Assembly (NCBI GenBank): GCA_003599815.1
Contig: QZJZ01000105.1
Span: forward strand, 7,174 to 71,173
Direction of reading: 5' to 3'
Source: Candidatus Auribacter fodinae
GTDB taxonomy: Bacteria; Auribacterota; Auribacteria; Auribacterales; Auribacteraceae
Length of the DNA: 64,000 bases
Positions 17,564-28,300 of this stretch are shown here, piece by piece. The translations under genes and the position numbers were made by a program. Below the pieces are notes generated by a model that ran no database searches, was not told the DNA's origin, and saw only the letters and a list, made by a program, of their open reading frames with translations. Position 1 is the stretch's first letter; every line of letters starts with the position of its first letter.

Positions 17564-19540
17564 ATGGATTTTTTAAATAAATTATTTAAACGGCCGAAAC
17601 TCTCATTAATTTTTATTGCCGTACTGCTTGCCGTATCAGGGCTTCTTGCCGTTTCCTATGTTACTGGTATCGTTGAAAGCGCGCAGTACGCTCATATTGT
17701 CGAGCAACAGATCAGTCAGGTAATTTTTTCTACCCGAATTATTGACGCGCTTCAGAAGGAACGGGCCGCCTCAGTGGCATTCTTATCACCAAACATTCCC
17801 GGCGATGAAAAATTTCTGAACGATAAATACGCACTGACCGACAAGCTGTTGGACGAGCTGGGCTCCAATCCCGCATTGGACGCTTTGAGAAAGGAAATCA
17901 GTTCAATACGGCAAAATATCGCGTCGCTCCCCCCTTCCAGCGGTTCAATTCTGGCTGTCACCGAAAACTACTCGCGTATAATCGAGGAGTTCAATAACAG
18001 TATTGTATCGCTGGTACAAAAAACACAGGATAACGAACTGAAAACAAAGTTCCATTCGTTAATTTTCCTCACACGGGCAAAAGAACTCCTCGGGCAAGCA
18101 CGGATGATGCTCCTCGCCGTTATAGACAGCAACGGGTTCACCAATCAGACACTGCAGGCATTCGCATCGTTGACCAGTGTCTTCAATTACAATATAGAAC
18201 GGTTTGTGAGCTGGTCACAGCCCGAGATCAAAAACTATTTCATATCGCATTTCAACACTCCTGCGGTCAGCAAAACCCGGGAACTGATCGAAAAAACAGT
18301 CCTGAGCTCCAGCTCAGGGGTGTTGGAAACGCACAGTAACGAATGGTGGCTCGTTTCAGGCGAAACAGCCAGTATACTTTTTGATGTGGAATCATTTACG
18401 CTCAAAGATATCACTGAAACATTGTCCCGCCTGCGGTACCGTGTATATACGCACCTCTTGAAAGTACTGTTTTTCATTGTGTTTGTCCTGACCATGCTGA
18501 TTGTATCTTCCGCGCCTCGTCAGGAAACTGCCCCGGAGGAAGACGCCCGTATGTCGCGAATATACCAGTCGCCCGTCTACCTGCTGATTCTGGTTGTGGT
18601 CTCTATTTTCGGCGCTCAGACCATATCCGCGCTCTTAATACGCAAAGGATTACTGCCGCCCTTCTCACCGATAATAACCGCCTTTATCGATTCATTGCTC
18701 ACTATGCTGATGGTTATACCTATTTTATATCTTTTCCTTTTCTGTCCGTTGATATTACATATACGACAACGCCACAAGGCTCAACAGGAACAGAAACGCC
18801 TGCTGAAAGAACTGTCCGAACAGAACGCCCGGCTGGAACAGCTGAACCGGCTTATGTCGGAATACGTCTCAGACGTATCGCACGAATTCAAAAACCCTTT
18901 GACCGTGATTCGAGAATCCATCAATATCACGCTCAAGCGCGACACCGCCAACGCTATCAAACCTCGCGACCGGCGGATGCTGGAACTCGGACGAAACAAT
19001 ACAGACCGCCTGATCCGCCTGATCAACGACCTGCTCGACCTTTCAAAAATCGAATCCGGCAGAATCACCATTCATCACACCCGCATCAACGCGTCAGACA
19101 TCATAAACGATGTTTTATCCATGTATGCCACCGCCATAGAGGAAAAGAAACTCACCGTAAGCACGCATTCCGAGGCGGAAGACCCCACAGTCGACGCGGA
19201 TGCCGACAAAATCACACAGGTTGTGATAAACCTCCTGAGCAACGCTATAAAATACACCCGCCCCGGCGACAGGATCGATATTACCATCCGCCGTACCGAT
19301 TCTTTCATGACACTGGAGTTCGCGGACACCGGCCCCGGAATAGAACCGCAGGATTTGCCCCGCATATTCGACAAATTCGAGCGCATTACCGCGGAAAGCC
19401 AGGAAGGAACAGGGCTCGGGCTCCCTATCGCAAAAGAAATCGTAGAACTGCACGGCGGGTCAATTCAGGCACAAAGCACACCGGGCAAAGGAAGCGTATT
19501 CACCGTAACATTACCCGTTCATGTGTCCGAACTGATATAG
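17564..19540 (+). CDS. Sensor histidine kinase with NIT-like (nitrate/nitrite-sensing) extracytoplasmic domain
   Basis: TM, 'ALQKERAASVAFL' and 'AKE.LGQAR' NIT-like motifs, further TMs, VSHEFKNPL, NLLSNA, DTGPG, GTGLGL. Confidence 0.85.
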   Translation: MDFLNKLFKRPKLSLIFIAVLLAVSGLLAVSYVTGIVESAQYAHIVEQQISQVIFSTRIIDALQKERAASVAFLSPNIPGDEKFLNDKYALTDKLLDELGSNPALDALRKEISSIRQNIASLPPSSGSILAVTENYSRIIEEFNNSIVSLVQKTQDNELKTKFHSLIFLTRAKELLGQARMMLLAVIDSNGFTNQTLQAFASLTSVFNYNIERFVSWSQPEIKNYFISHFNTPAVSKTRELIEKTVLSSSSGVLETHSNEWWLVSGETASILFDVESFTLKDITETLSRLRYRVYTHLLKVLFFIVFVLTMLIVSSAPRQETAPEEDARMSRIYQSPVYLLILVVVSIFGAQTISALLIRKGLLPPFSPIITAFIDSLLTMLMVIPILYLFLFCPLILHIRQRHKAQQEQKRLLKELSEQNARLEQLNRLMSEYVSDVSHEFKNPLTVIRESINITLKRDTANAIKPRDRRMLELGRNNTDRLIRLINDLLDLSKIESGRITIHHTRINASDIINDVLSMYATAIEEKKLTVSTHSEAEDPTVDADADKITQVVINLLSNAIKYTRPGDRIDITIRRTDSFMTLEFADTGPGIEPQDLPRIFDKFERITAESQEGTGLGLPIAKEIVELHGGSIQAQSTPGKGSVFTVTLPVHVSELI

Positions 19541-19811
19541 CATCCTTTTTTTCCTTATTGTAAAAATAATTGAAATAAAACGGCATAAAGGTAGTCTATA
19601 CTTATGAGGCAATGATAGCGCATGTAACCCAAATGCCGCTAATGCAATAATGTCTCTCTCCTTTATTGGGCCGGACGCGTTTTGCGTCCGGTTTTTTATT
19701 ATTTCCATATTTTTTTCTACACCAGCTCACCCGATTTTGATACCATGTTATTCTCTTTTTCGCTATATACATAGTTTTAAGCATAAAATATCCACCAAAG
19801 GAGGCCTCACA

Positions 19812-20339
19812 ATGAATGACCTTATCCAGCGCATGATACGTGCCGCTAAACTTGATGTGACTCTCTATGAAGAGGTTGAAGCAGACACAACCGCCTTTAA
19901 ACCAGCCCTTGCCGTCGTGGCTATTTCCAGCATCGCGTCCGGTATAGGAAACCTGTATGTCGGGTTCGGCACAATGATAGGCACCCTGATAATATCGCTT
20001 ATCGCGTGGTTCGTCTGGTCATACGTCATTTTTCTGGTAGGGACAAAATTGCTCCCTGAACCTCAGACCTCGGCAGACTACGGCCAGTTATTGCGCTGTA
20101 TCGGATTTGCCAGCGCGCCGGGTGTGATCTGCGTACTGGGCATAATACCCCCTTTAAACGCCCTTGTATTTTTCACCGCCGGAATCTGGATGATTGTGGC
20201 AACGGTCATTGCAGTTCGGCAGGCGCTGGATTATACCAGCACCGGCAGGGCGGTCGGCGTTTGTGTTCTTGGTTTTCTCGCTTTTCTTGTCATACAGGCT
20301 ATTCTGGGAGTACTGTTGATCCCGTTTCATTCGGCTTAA
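19812..20339 (+). CDS. YIP1-like membrane protein
   Basis: RMIRAAKLD..LYEEVEAD, LLRCIGFASAPG, AVRQALDY.STGRA. ATG 19812 follows AAGGAGG. Confidence 0.75.
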   Translation: MNDLIQRMIRAAKLDVTLYEEVEADTTAFKPALAVVAISSIASGIGNLYVGFGTMIGTLIISLIAWFVWSYVIFLVGTKLLPEPQTSADYGQLLRCIGFASAPGVICVLGIIPPLNALVFFTAGIWMIVATVIAVRQALDYTSTGRAVGVCVLGFLAFLVIQAILGVLLIPFHSA

Positions 20340-20369
20340 ACCCTAAGACTTGTAACAGAGGATACCGCA

Positions 20370-20822
20370 ATGCTGAAACTTACGAACTACCTGCAAAAAG
20401 AATCAGTCGCTTTATTTGATTTACCCGACAAAAAATCAGCTCTGACAGCGATGATTGATGTTATCACCGCCAACAACGACCTCACTGCCCGCAAAGCCGA
20501 TATCACTTCAGCAATTTTCGAGCGTGAAGCCATCATGAGTACCGGCATAGGCAGAGGCATAGCCGTGCCTCATGTACGAAGCGACGCGGTGTCAACCGTG
20601 CGCATGGCGTTCGGCATATTCAAAAAACCAATTGATTATACCAGCATGGACGACAAGCCTGTCCACATAATCGTTATGCTCGTTGTACCCAAAGCACTGC
20701 ATCAGGAATACCTCAGAATACTCGCGCGGATCGTTCTTTTATTAAAAAATGACAATCTGAAACAGCAACTGCTTGATTGCTCTGCCGCTGGAGATGCCTA
20801 TAACATACTGAGTGCGTATTGA
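20370..20822 (+). CDS. PTS EIIA type-2 (PtsN/fructose-like) protein
   Basis: FEREAIMSTGIGRGIAVPH phospho-His motif. Confidence 0.9.
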   Translation: MLKLTNYLQKESVALFDLPDKKSALTAMIDVITANNDLTARKADITSAIFEREAIMSTGIGRGIAVPHVRSDAVSTVRMAFGIFKKPIDYTSMDDKPVHIIVMLVVPKALHQEYLRILARIVLLLKNDNLKQQLLDCSAAGDAYNILSAY

Positions 20823-20826
20823 TGCC

Positions 20827-22077
20827 ATGAATACATTTCTATATTTATCATTAATATTTGTCGTATCATATGTTATGCGTTATTTAATACTAAAACTGAA
20901 ACTGCCGGCTGTGACAGGGTATGTGCTTGGCGGAGTGATACTTGGAGGCTCGTTATTCAGTTTCAGTTCAACCGTGCAGAATACCCTTTCATCGTTCCTG
21001 CTGACACCGCCTGTGCTTAATAAACTGTCCATACTCGCGGACGTGGCGCTGGGCATTATCTCGTTTTCCATCGGGGCGGAACTGTTGTGGGAATCTATAC
21101 GAAAGCTGGGCAAAAGCATCATGGCAATTGTGATTAGTGAAGCGATCGGCTCATTCATTTTGGTATTTGTGCTCTTCGCGATTTTTTTCCCGTCAAATAT
21201 GCTTTTGGGATTGCTTCTTGGCGCTATCGCTTCAGCGACTGCGCCTGCCGCGACGGTATCAGTGATTTCCGAATACCGTGCGTCCGGGCCGCTGACTACC
21301 ACAATTCTGGCTGTTGTCGGTATTGACGACGCCATCTCGCTGATCATATTTGTATTCGCGGCAACCGTACTGCGCGGTTCACTTGCGCACGAAAGTTTAC
21401 ATTTTTTGCCAATGATCGGAAAAGTCGGCATGGAAATATCCCTTGCGCTTCTTATCGGCGCGGTTGTGGGATTCGCGCTGATACGCCCGCTGAAAAAAGC
21501 TGATTATATGGAAGAACTTCTTTTCCTGCTGGCGATCGGGTTATTTGTCTGTATCGGGCTGGCGGAACTACTGCATACATCGCCGATCATGGCGAATATG
21601 TGTTTCGGCGCCGTCGCGGTCAATATGTATCCATCCATAAAGAAACGACTGCACCAGACGATCAGCGGCATAGCGCCCCTGTTTTTCGCCATATTCTTCG
21701 TGTTGGGCGGAGCGAATCTTGATATCACGCTTCTGCCGAGCATCGGGTTGATGGGACTGCTCTATTTTGTCGCCCGGACTGTAGGAAAAATATTCTGCGC
21801 CATGGGAGGCGCGTATATAAGCAAAGCGCCGCCCCTTATTACCCGTTACATCGGGTTAAGCCTTATTCCGCAGGTCGGCGTGGGGGTAGCCCTCGCCTTG
21901 ACGATTCAGCAGGAATTCGGTACCGGAGCGTTTGGGGAACAAGGCATATATATAGCGACAACGACCATGAATATCCTTCTGTTTACCACCATATTAACAG
22001 AAGTAATCGGCCCATTGCTGACCAAAATGAGTCTGATAAAAGCCGGAGAGACACGAAAACCACAGGTTCACCAGTGA
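20827..22077 (+). CDS. Cation:proton antiporter (CPA/Na_H_exchanger family)
   Basis: KLPAVTGY..GVILG, ATAPAAT, VVGIDDA, FFVLGGA, PQVGVGVALA; about 12 TMs. Confidence 0.88.
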   Translation: MNTFLYLSLIFVVSYVMRYLILKLKLPAVTGYVLGGVILGGSLFSFSSTVQNTLSSFLLTPPVLNKLSILADVALGIISFSIGAELLWESIRKLGKSIMAIVISEAIGSFILVFVLFAIFFPSNMLLGLLLGAIASATAPAATVSVISEYRASGPLTTTILAVVGIDDAISLIIFVFAATVLRGSLAHESLHFLPMIGKVGMEISLALLIGAVVGFALIRPLKKADYMEELLFLLAIGLFVCIGLAELLHTSPIMANMCFGAVAVNMYPSIKKRLHQTISGIAPLFFAIFFVLGGANLDITLLPSIGLMGLLYFVARTVGKIFCAMGGAYISKAPPLITRYIGLSLIPQVGVGVALALTIQQEFGTGAFGEQGIYIATTTMNILLFTTILTEVIGPLLTKMSLIKAGETRKPQVHQ

Positions 22078-22093
22078 AAGGAGCCTTGACACC

Positions 22094-22435
22094 ATGTTCT
22101 TGATAATAGTAAACCTATTTGAAGATACGCACCTGACCGAGGTTGTACTTGCAATGACACACCTTTTTGAACATAAACTTGTGATACAGGACGCATCAAC
22201 CAACGAGGAACATCTCAGCGCGTCTTTATCCATTTTCGCGGATTTCGGCAGTTCATTGTCGGGCAGGCAGAAATTCTGCAAAACCATATCCACCGTCACC
22301 AAACATGAAAAGCCTATACAAAAGTTCCTTGCCGCACTTAAAGAGGCGGATATTGATTTCGAAACAGAGAAACTGGGAAATGTCTGCGTGGTTCCTGTAT
22401 CAGATTACCTTATTGCTGAAAGAGATAACGATTAG
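22094..22435 (+). CDS. Small protein, possibly PII-like
   Basis: 113 aa; hydrophobic first strand, 'SIFADFGSSLSGRQKFCKTIS.V', final 'GNVCVVPV' strand; pattern resembles PII-like proteins found beside antiporters. Confidence 0.45.
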   Translation: MFLIIVNLFEDTHLTEVVLAMTHLFEHKLVIQDASTNEEHLSASLSIFADFGSSLSGRQKFCKTISTVTKHEKPIQKFLAALKEADIDFETEKLGNVCVVPVSDYLIAERDND

Positions 22436-22441
22436 AGAACC

Positions 22442-22981
22442 TCAGTTTGTTTTCTCTTCTTCCTCTTGTTCCTCTGCCGCTGGCAGGATAACCGTGTCAA
22501 TCAGGTGAATGACGCCGTTTGAGCACTTAATGTCTGTTTTGATGATGTCAGCGTTATCCACCATAACCCTGTCTTTGAACACGGACAACGTGACTTCCTG
22601 TCCATTAGCCGTGGGCTTCCGAAGAACGCCCTGTATGTCGTCAGCAACTATCGTTTCAGGTATGACATGCCGCGAAAGCACGCCGGAAAGAACTGTACTG
22701 TTCTCCGCGTTCATCAGTTCTGCCAGTTTTTCCTCACCAAGAGCCTCAAACGCCTTATTGACAGGTGCGAATACGGTAAACGGGCCGGCGCCCTGCAGTG
22801 TCTCTGCCAGCCCCGCGGAATTAACCGCGGATACAAACGTGCTCAGCTGTTTTATCGTGCCGGCTTTCGACATGACCGTGTCCGGCGCCGTTGCGGAAGG
22901 CGTATGGGCGCATCCGGTTACCATCATTATCAACGCTATACATCCTGTAAGACAGATACCGTATCCGTGTTTTGCTGTCAT
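22442..22981 (-). CDS. Fasciclin (FAS1) domain lipoprotein
   Basis: Lipobox VTGC; LSTFV.AV..AGL.ETL.G.GPFTVFAP.N.AF; DI..SNGVIH.ID.V. Start moved to ATG 22981. Confidence 0.9.
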   Translation of the reverse strand: MTAKHGYGICLTGCIALIMMVTGCAHTPSATAPDTVMSKAGTIKQLSTFVSAVNSAGLAETLQGAGPFTVFAPVNKAFEALGEEKLAELMNAENSTVLSGVLSRHVIPETIVADDIQGVLRKPTANGQEVTLSVFKDRVMVDNADIIKTDIKCSNGVIHLIDTVILPAAEEQEEEEKTN

Positions 22982-23114
22982 GGGCAACCTCCTTTTACCA
23001 TTTATTTGCGTAACAAAAATTCCGGTGTTCGATATTTTTCGTGACCATACTATACTGTAATATACTATAATGCCATAAAAAACGATACAACATAAATATA
23101 ACCACACACGGCTG

Positions 23115-24707
23115 ATGATTATAAACAACAGGCACCTGATGCGTCACTTACTCTATTTCCTCATACTGACAGCGGCAAGCTGGCTGTCATGGTTCCTGTT
23201 CAGCCGCTATTTTGGTGTCCCGGTTCTGATTGTCGACGAAGCGTTTTATATTGAAACGGCAAAAAAATTCCTTTCAGGCGATTTCGCGTACCGAGACAAC
23301 AAACCTCCGGGTATTTTTCTTATTTACTCATTCATTATGCACGTAACCAGGCACGCCGACCTCTCTGTTATGCATAGAGCCGCGGCAGTAGCTCATATAC
23401 TCGGCGGATGGCTGGTCTTTTTTCTGGTACGAAAAAACCAGTCGCCGTTTCCAGCGGTTATTTCAGCTGTAACATACCTTTTATTACCGAGCTTGTCTTC
23501 TTCCCCATCGAATTTTTACGCGGCAAACACTGAACTTTTCATGATGGCGCCATGGCTCGCGGCATGGCTGGCGTTCTGCTCGTCCGGCTCCCGGCTGGGC
23601 GGGTTGGTACTTGCCGGAGCCGGAGCGGGATGCAGTATGCTGATAAAACAGCAGGGAGCGTTCCTGATCCCGGCATTTTGTTTTATCATCGCTGTCGACA
23701 AGTCGTTTTATACCCGTTATTCGCTGATTGAAATAATGAAAAAATATAGTGCGCTCGCTGTAGGTTTCCTATGCGTTATTGTGCCTGTCATCCTTGTTTT
23801 TTCGCTGAATGATTCTCCATATTCCGTACTCTATAACTGGCTGTTGGTGAACAAAGGCATCGCATCGGAACAGGGTTCATTCATATGGGCGCTCGGGCGC
23901 ATACGGTTTAGGGCAATGCATCTGGAGCCGATCTATATATCTGCCGCTCTGGCGTTCGTAACTCAGATAATTATTCTTTTCAGGACAAAGATACGATCAT
24001 CACAGAGGATTAACGCCTCCCTGCTATGGATAGTCACCGCTATCGTGTCTTATGCGGGGCTCAATGTGGGAGGCAACTACTCCGGGCATTATTTTATCAT
24101 GCTGTTTCCTGCTGTCGCGGTTTTGTTCGGGCTATTCTGTTCATGGATCTTTGCAGGGGTTTTACGCATCAGGCAGGCATACGTTCGGTGGGCGATGTGC
24201 GTCACTTGCGGCTTAGGGCTGGGCTGGTGCCTGCTCTACCCACTTATACAGTACACGGGGTTCCCGCCCGGTTCAAAAAAACTGGTGACATATATCGACA
24301 GAGCTCCACTCGGGGAAATGATTAAAACCACAGCCGTATACCTGCGCGCGCAAACAACAAAGGATGACACCCTTTTCGTATGGGGTTTTTGCCCGGAGCT
24401 TTATTACCTGTCCGGCAGGCGGCCTGCGTCACGATATATTCACTGCAACTTTCTTGTCGGGGATATCTGCCCCTACCCGTACGGGCCTCGTCCGAACAAT
24501 ATCCAGCAGAGGCATTGGGACGAACTGTTCACCGACCTGAATACATCCATGCCGGAATATATTATAGATATTTCTCCCTCGGATTACCTGTTTTTCGGCT
24601 CAAACGAGATAGCAAAATATCCTGAATTTGAAGCTTTTTTGAAAAACCGTTACAGAATGGAAAAAAGAATGGGCTCTTTCGTGTTATATAAAAAGAAAAA
24701 GGAATAG
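23115..24707 (+). CDS. GT-C fold membrane glycosyltransferase (ArnT/PMT-like)
   Basis: VDEAFY, DNKPPG, ANTELF, LIKQQG, HYF..LFP; many TMs; C-terminal soluble domain FVWG..PELYYL. Confidence 0.8.
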   Translation: MIINNRHLMRHLLYFLILTAASWLSWFLFSRYFGVPVLIVDEAFYIETAKKFLSGDFAYRDNKPPGIFLIYSFIMHVTRHADLSVMHRAAAVAHILGGWLVFFLVRKNQSPFPAVISAVTYLLLPSLSSSPSNFYAANTELFMMAPWLAAWLAFCSSGSRLGGLVLAGAGAGCSMLIKQQGAFLIPAFCFIIAVDKSFYTRYSLIEIMKKYSALAVGFLCVIVPVILVFSLNDSPYSVLYNWLLVNKGIASEQGSFIWALGRIRFRAMHLEPIYISAALAFVTQIIILFRTKIRSSQRINASLLWIVTAIVSYAGLNVGGNYSGHYFIMLFPAVAVLFGLFCSWIFAGVLRIRQAYVRWAMCVTCGLGLGWCLLYPLIQYTGFPPGSKKLVTYIDRAPLGEMIKTTAVYLRAQTTKDDTLFVWGFCPELYYLSGRRPASRYIHCNFLVGDICPYPYGPRPNNIQQRHWDELFTDLNTSMPEYIIDISPSDYLFFGSNEIAKYPEFEAFLKNRYRMEKRMGSFVLYKKKKE

Positions 24708-24732
24708 AAAAAACTGCCGGAAATAAACACCG

Positions 24733-25107
24733 CTACTCGTCACAAATAGTATAATCGGATAGAGACTTTTTAAGGTTCCTGATTATCCGCAGAGCCTGTT
24801 CACGGTATTGATCGAGAACCAGAATGCTGATCGATTTCGATAATTCATTTTTGTCTTTCTTGCGGACATAACTCATTGCGCTGATGTTGTTGTTCTTGAG
24901 ACGGTCGAGGATAACATGCGCGGTTCTTTCTGTCTGACAAATCACCAGCTCGGAAAGATTAACATCACATGAATAACCGTCGCAAAACGAGCCGGTCTGA
25001 TAGTCCCAGCACTTATGTTTTCCTTTTTCATCCTTGCCTGAAATACATTTTTTCTTATCGCCGGAAAACTCTATATCATCCGACTCAAAACATGCCGCAC
25101 CCATCAA
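24733..25107 (-). CDS. Hypothetical protein, Cys-rich N-terminus
   Basis: 124-aa ORF filling the gap; no family recognised with confidence. Confidence 0.5.
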   Translation of the reverse strand: MMGAACFESDDIEFSGDKKKCISGKDEKGKHKCWDYQTGSFCDGYSCDVNLSELVICQTERTAHVILDRLKNNNISAMSYVRKKDKNELSKSISILVLDQYREQALRIIRNLKKSLSDYTICDE

Positions 25108-25390
25108 AACACCTATTCCGGTTTAATAAGTAGTATCAACAATCGACCCTATGCAGGTTTCAGGATATATGAATCCTTATACATTTTCAGACAAATAACA
25201 ACAAAAAATGTTACACTTTTTTCAAAAAAAAAGCAAAAACATAAAACCCTGTGATGTGAAAGGTCATCTTACAGTGTACACTAGTGTTTGATTTTCAGTT
25301 CCTTGAACAGGTATGGAACTTTTAATATTGTAAAGAATAATCTTTTAATTATAAGATAGATATAATTCGACTGCGACAGGGAGGATACTC

Positions 25391-28300
25391 GTGGCAAAAA
25401 AAGACCATCAGTCCGATGATGACCCCCAATGGTATAAAGACGCCATTATTTACGAAACCCATGTGAGGGCATTTTTTGACAGTAACGACGACGGTATCGG
25501 CGATTTCAAAGGAATGACCGAAAAACTCGATTACCTGCAAAGCTTGGGAATAACAGCCCTGTGGCTTCTCCCATTCTACCCGTCGCCGCTCCGTGACGAC
25601 GGATACGATATCGCAGACTATTACAACGTGCATCCTGATTACGGTACGCTCAAAGATTTCAAAAATTTTCTCAGCGCCGCCCATAAAAGAGGCATTAAAG
25701 TCATCACCGAGCTGGTCATTAACCATACATCCAGCGAACACGAATGGTTCAGGAACTCGCGGCGCGCCCGCCCGGGAAGCAACGCCAGAGAATTTTATGT
25801 ATGGAGCGATACTCCTGATAAGTATAAAGACGCGCGAATCATTTTTCAGGATTTCGAAAGCTCCAACTGGTCATGGGATTCCATCGCTCAGGCGTACTAC
25901 TGGCACAGGTTCTATTCACATCAGCCGGATCTCAATTTCGACAACCCCGCTGTCGGCAAAGCGGTATTCCGCGCCCTCGATTTCTGGCTCAGAATGGGCG
26001 TTGACGGCATGCGCCTGGACGCTGTGCCGTACCTCTTTGAACGCGACGGGACAAATTGTGAGAACCTGCCTGAAACACACGAGTTTCTCAAAAAGTTACG
26101 GGCGCATATCGACCAAACGTACAAAAACAAAATGCTCCTCGCTGAAGCAAACCAGTGGCCCGAAGATGCGGCGGCATATTTCGGCAACGGCGACGAATGC
26201 CACATGGCGTTTCATTTCCCTCTTATGCCCCGCATGTTCATGGCTGTACAGATGGAAGACAGCTTTCCCATTATCGATATCCTCAAATCAACGCCGAAAA
26301 TACCGTCCGCATGCGAATGGGCTATATTCCTGCGCAACCATGACGAACTGACTCTGGAAATGGTTACTGACGAAGAACGCGACTATATGTACCGGATGTA
26401 CGCAAAAGACCCCCGCGCACGGATAAACGTGGGAATCAGGAGGCGCCTCGCGCCCCTTTTGCGTAACAACCGCCGAAAAATTGAACTGATCAACATACTG
26501 CTCTTTTCACTGCCGGGAACCCCGGTTCTCTATTACGGTGACGAAATAGGAATGGGCGACAACTATTATCTCGGCGACCGCAACGGCGTACGCACTCCCA
26601 TGCAATGGACACCTGACCGCAACGCGGGATTTTCCAAAACCAACCCGCAACAATTATACCTGCCGGTTATAACCGACCCTGAATACCATTACGAAGCTAT
26701 CAATGTGGAAACACAGGACAGAAACCCCTCGTCACTGCTCTGGTGGATGAAACGGGTTATTGCCATGCGTAAACGCTTGCCCGCTCTGGTAAAAGGAGAC
26801 CTGAAGATACTCATCCCCTCTAACGGAAAAGTACTGGCATTCACCCGGTCATACCAAAACGAAACAATTCTTGTTGTGGCAAACCTGTCGCGGTTTACAC
26901 AGGTACTCAACCTTGATCTGGCTGAATACGAAGGGTATAAGCCTGTTGAAGTATTCAGCCTCAATGAGTTTCCGCCCATACGGCGCAAACCCTACGTGCT
27001 AACCATGAGCCCATACGCTCATTATTGGATTTCACTTGTTCGTGAACTGGAATCTATCCATGTCAGTACCACCTGTTCATCAATGCCGGTAATTACCACT
27101 GCCGGATGGCGCAATGTTCTCACGGAAGGACACAAACAAAAACTGACATCCGATATTCTTCCCGGTTATCTGAAAAGCTGTACATGGTTCAAAGCACGGG
27201 AAAAAGCGATACGTAAAATCGATATCGTGGAAGACGCAATCATTCGTCACGAAAGCTCCGCATATCACCTGCTGTTCCTGAGCATCAGCTTCAATGAGGG
27301 AAGTCCCGACACATACTTTCTGCCAATATCGCTCCAGCCGCAGAAAGATGCACAACGCATTATTGAAGACTATCCGAAACGAATTATTACAACCATCATG
27401 ATCGATAACGAAGACAGCATCATCTATGACAGCACATGCGATGAATCATTTCATAAAGCGCTTCTGACACATATTCTGTCAAGAAAACGAATCCGGGGGA
27501 AACAGGGCGACTTTACCGCCTCGACGCTCATAAAACACACCCACGCCGGCATATCAGAAAATTTTCATGCTTTGTCGCATCCACTTGAAGCTGAACAGCA
27601 TAACTCATCTGTCATTTATGGAAAAAGCCTTATCGCGAAACTATACCGCCGTATTGAAACAGGAACAAATCCCGAACTGGACATCACCCATCACTTGAGT
27701 ACTGAAACCAGATTCGAGCACATTCCGCCTTTCGTTGGAGCGCTTGAATACACCACACCTGACAACGAACCTGCCACAGTGGCGATCATTCAGAAGTACA
27801 TGGAACACACCGCCGACGCGTGGACATATACTGTTGACGCGGTATCCGCGTATTTCGAGTCGGTTCTGTCTGGAAAAGATGAACTCGCGGATATGGACTT
27901 TGAACTGCCGGCAATGCTGGATGTGGATCCTGACAACGTTCCGGTATTCATGCAGGATCTGCTCGGCGGAGCGTATCTTCAAATGGCAGAACTCCTCGGC
28001 AAACGAACAGGCGAACTGCATCTGGCGCTCGCTGAAATAACAGACAGCACATTCCAGCCGCAGGCGTTTTCCACGCTATACCAGCGTTCCGTGTGCCAGT
28101 CCATTCAGAGCCTTGTCAGGCGCAATTTTCTGCAGATAAAAAAGTATAAATCCCTTCTTCCTGAAAATATACGAAAGGAAGCGGAGGCTATCGCCTCTTC
28201 CGAACAAAAAATAGTGAACCGGCTAGAAACGATTAACCAAAAGAAGTTCCATGCCATGAAAATCCGCATTCACGGCGATTATCATCTCAAACAGGTTTTA

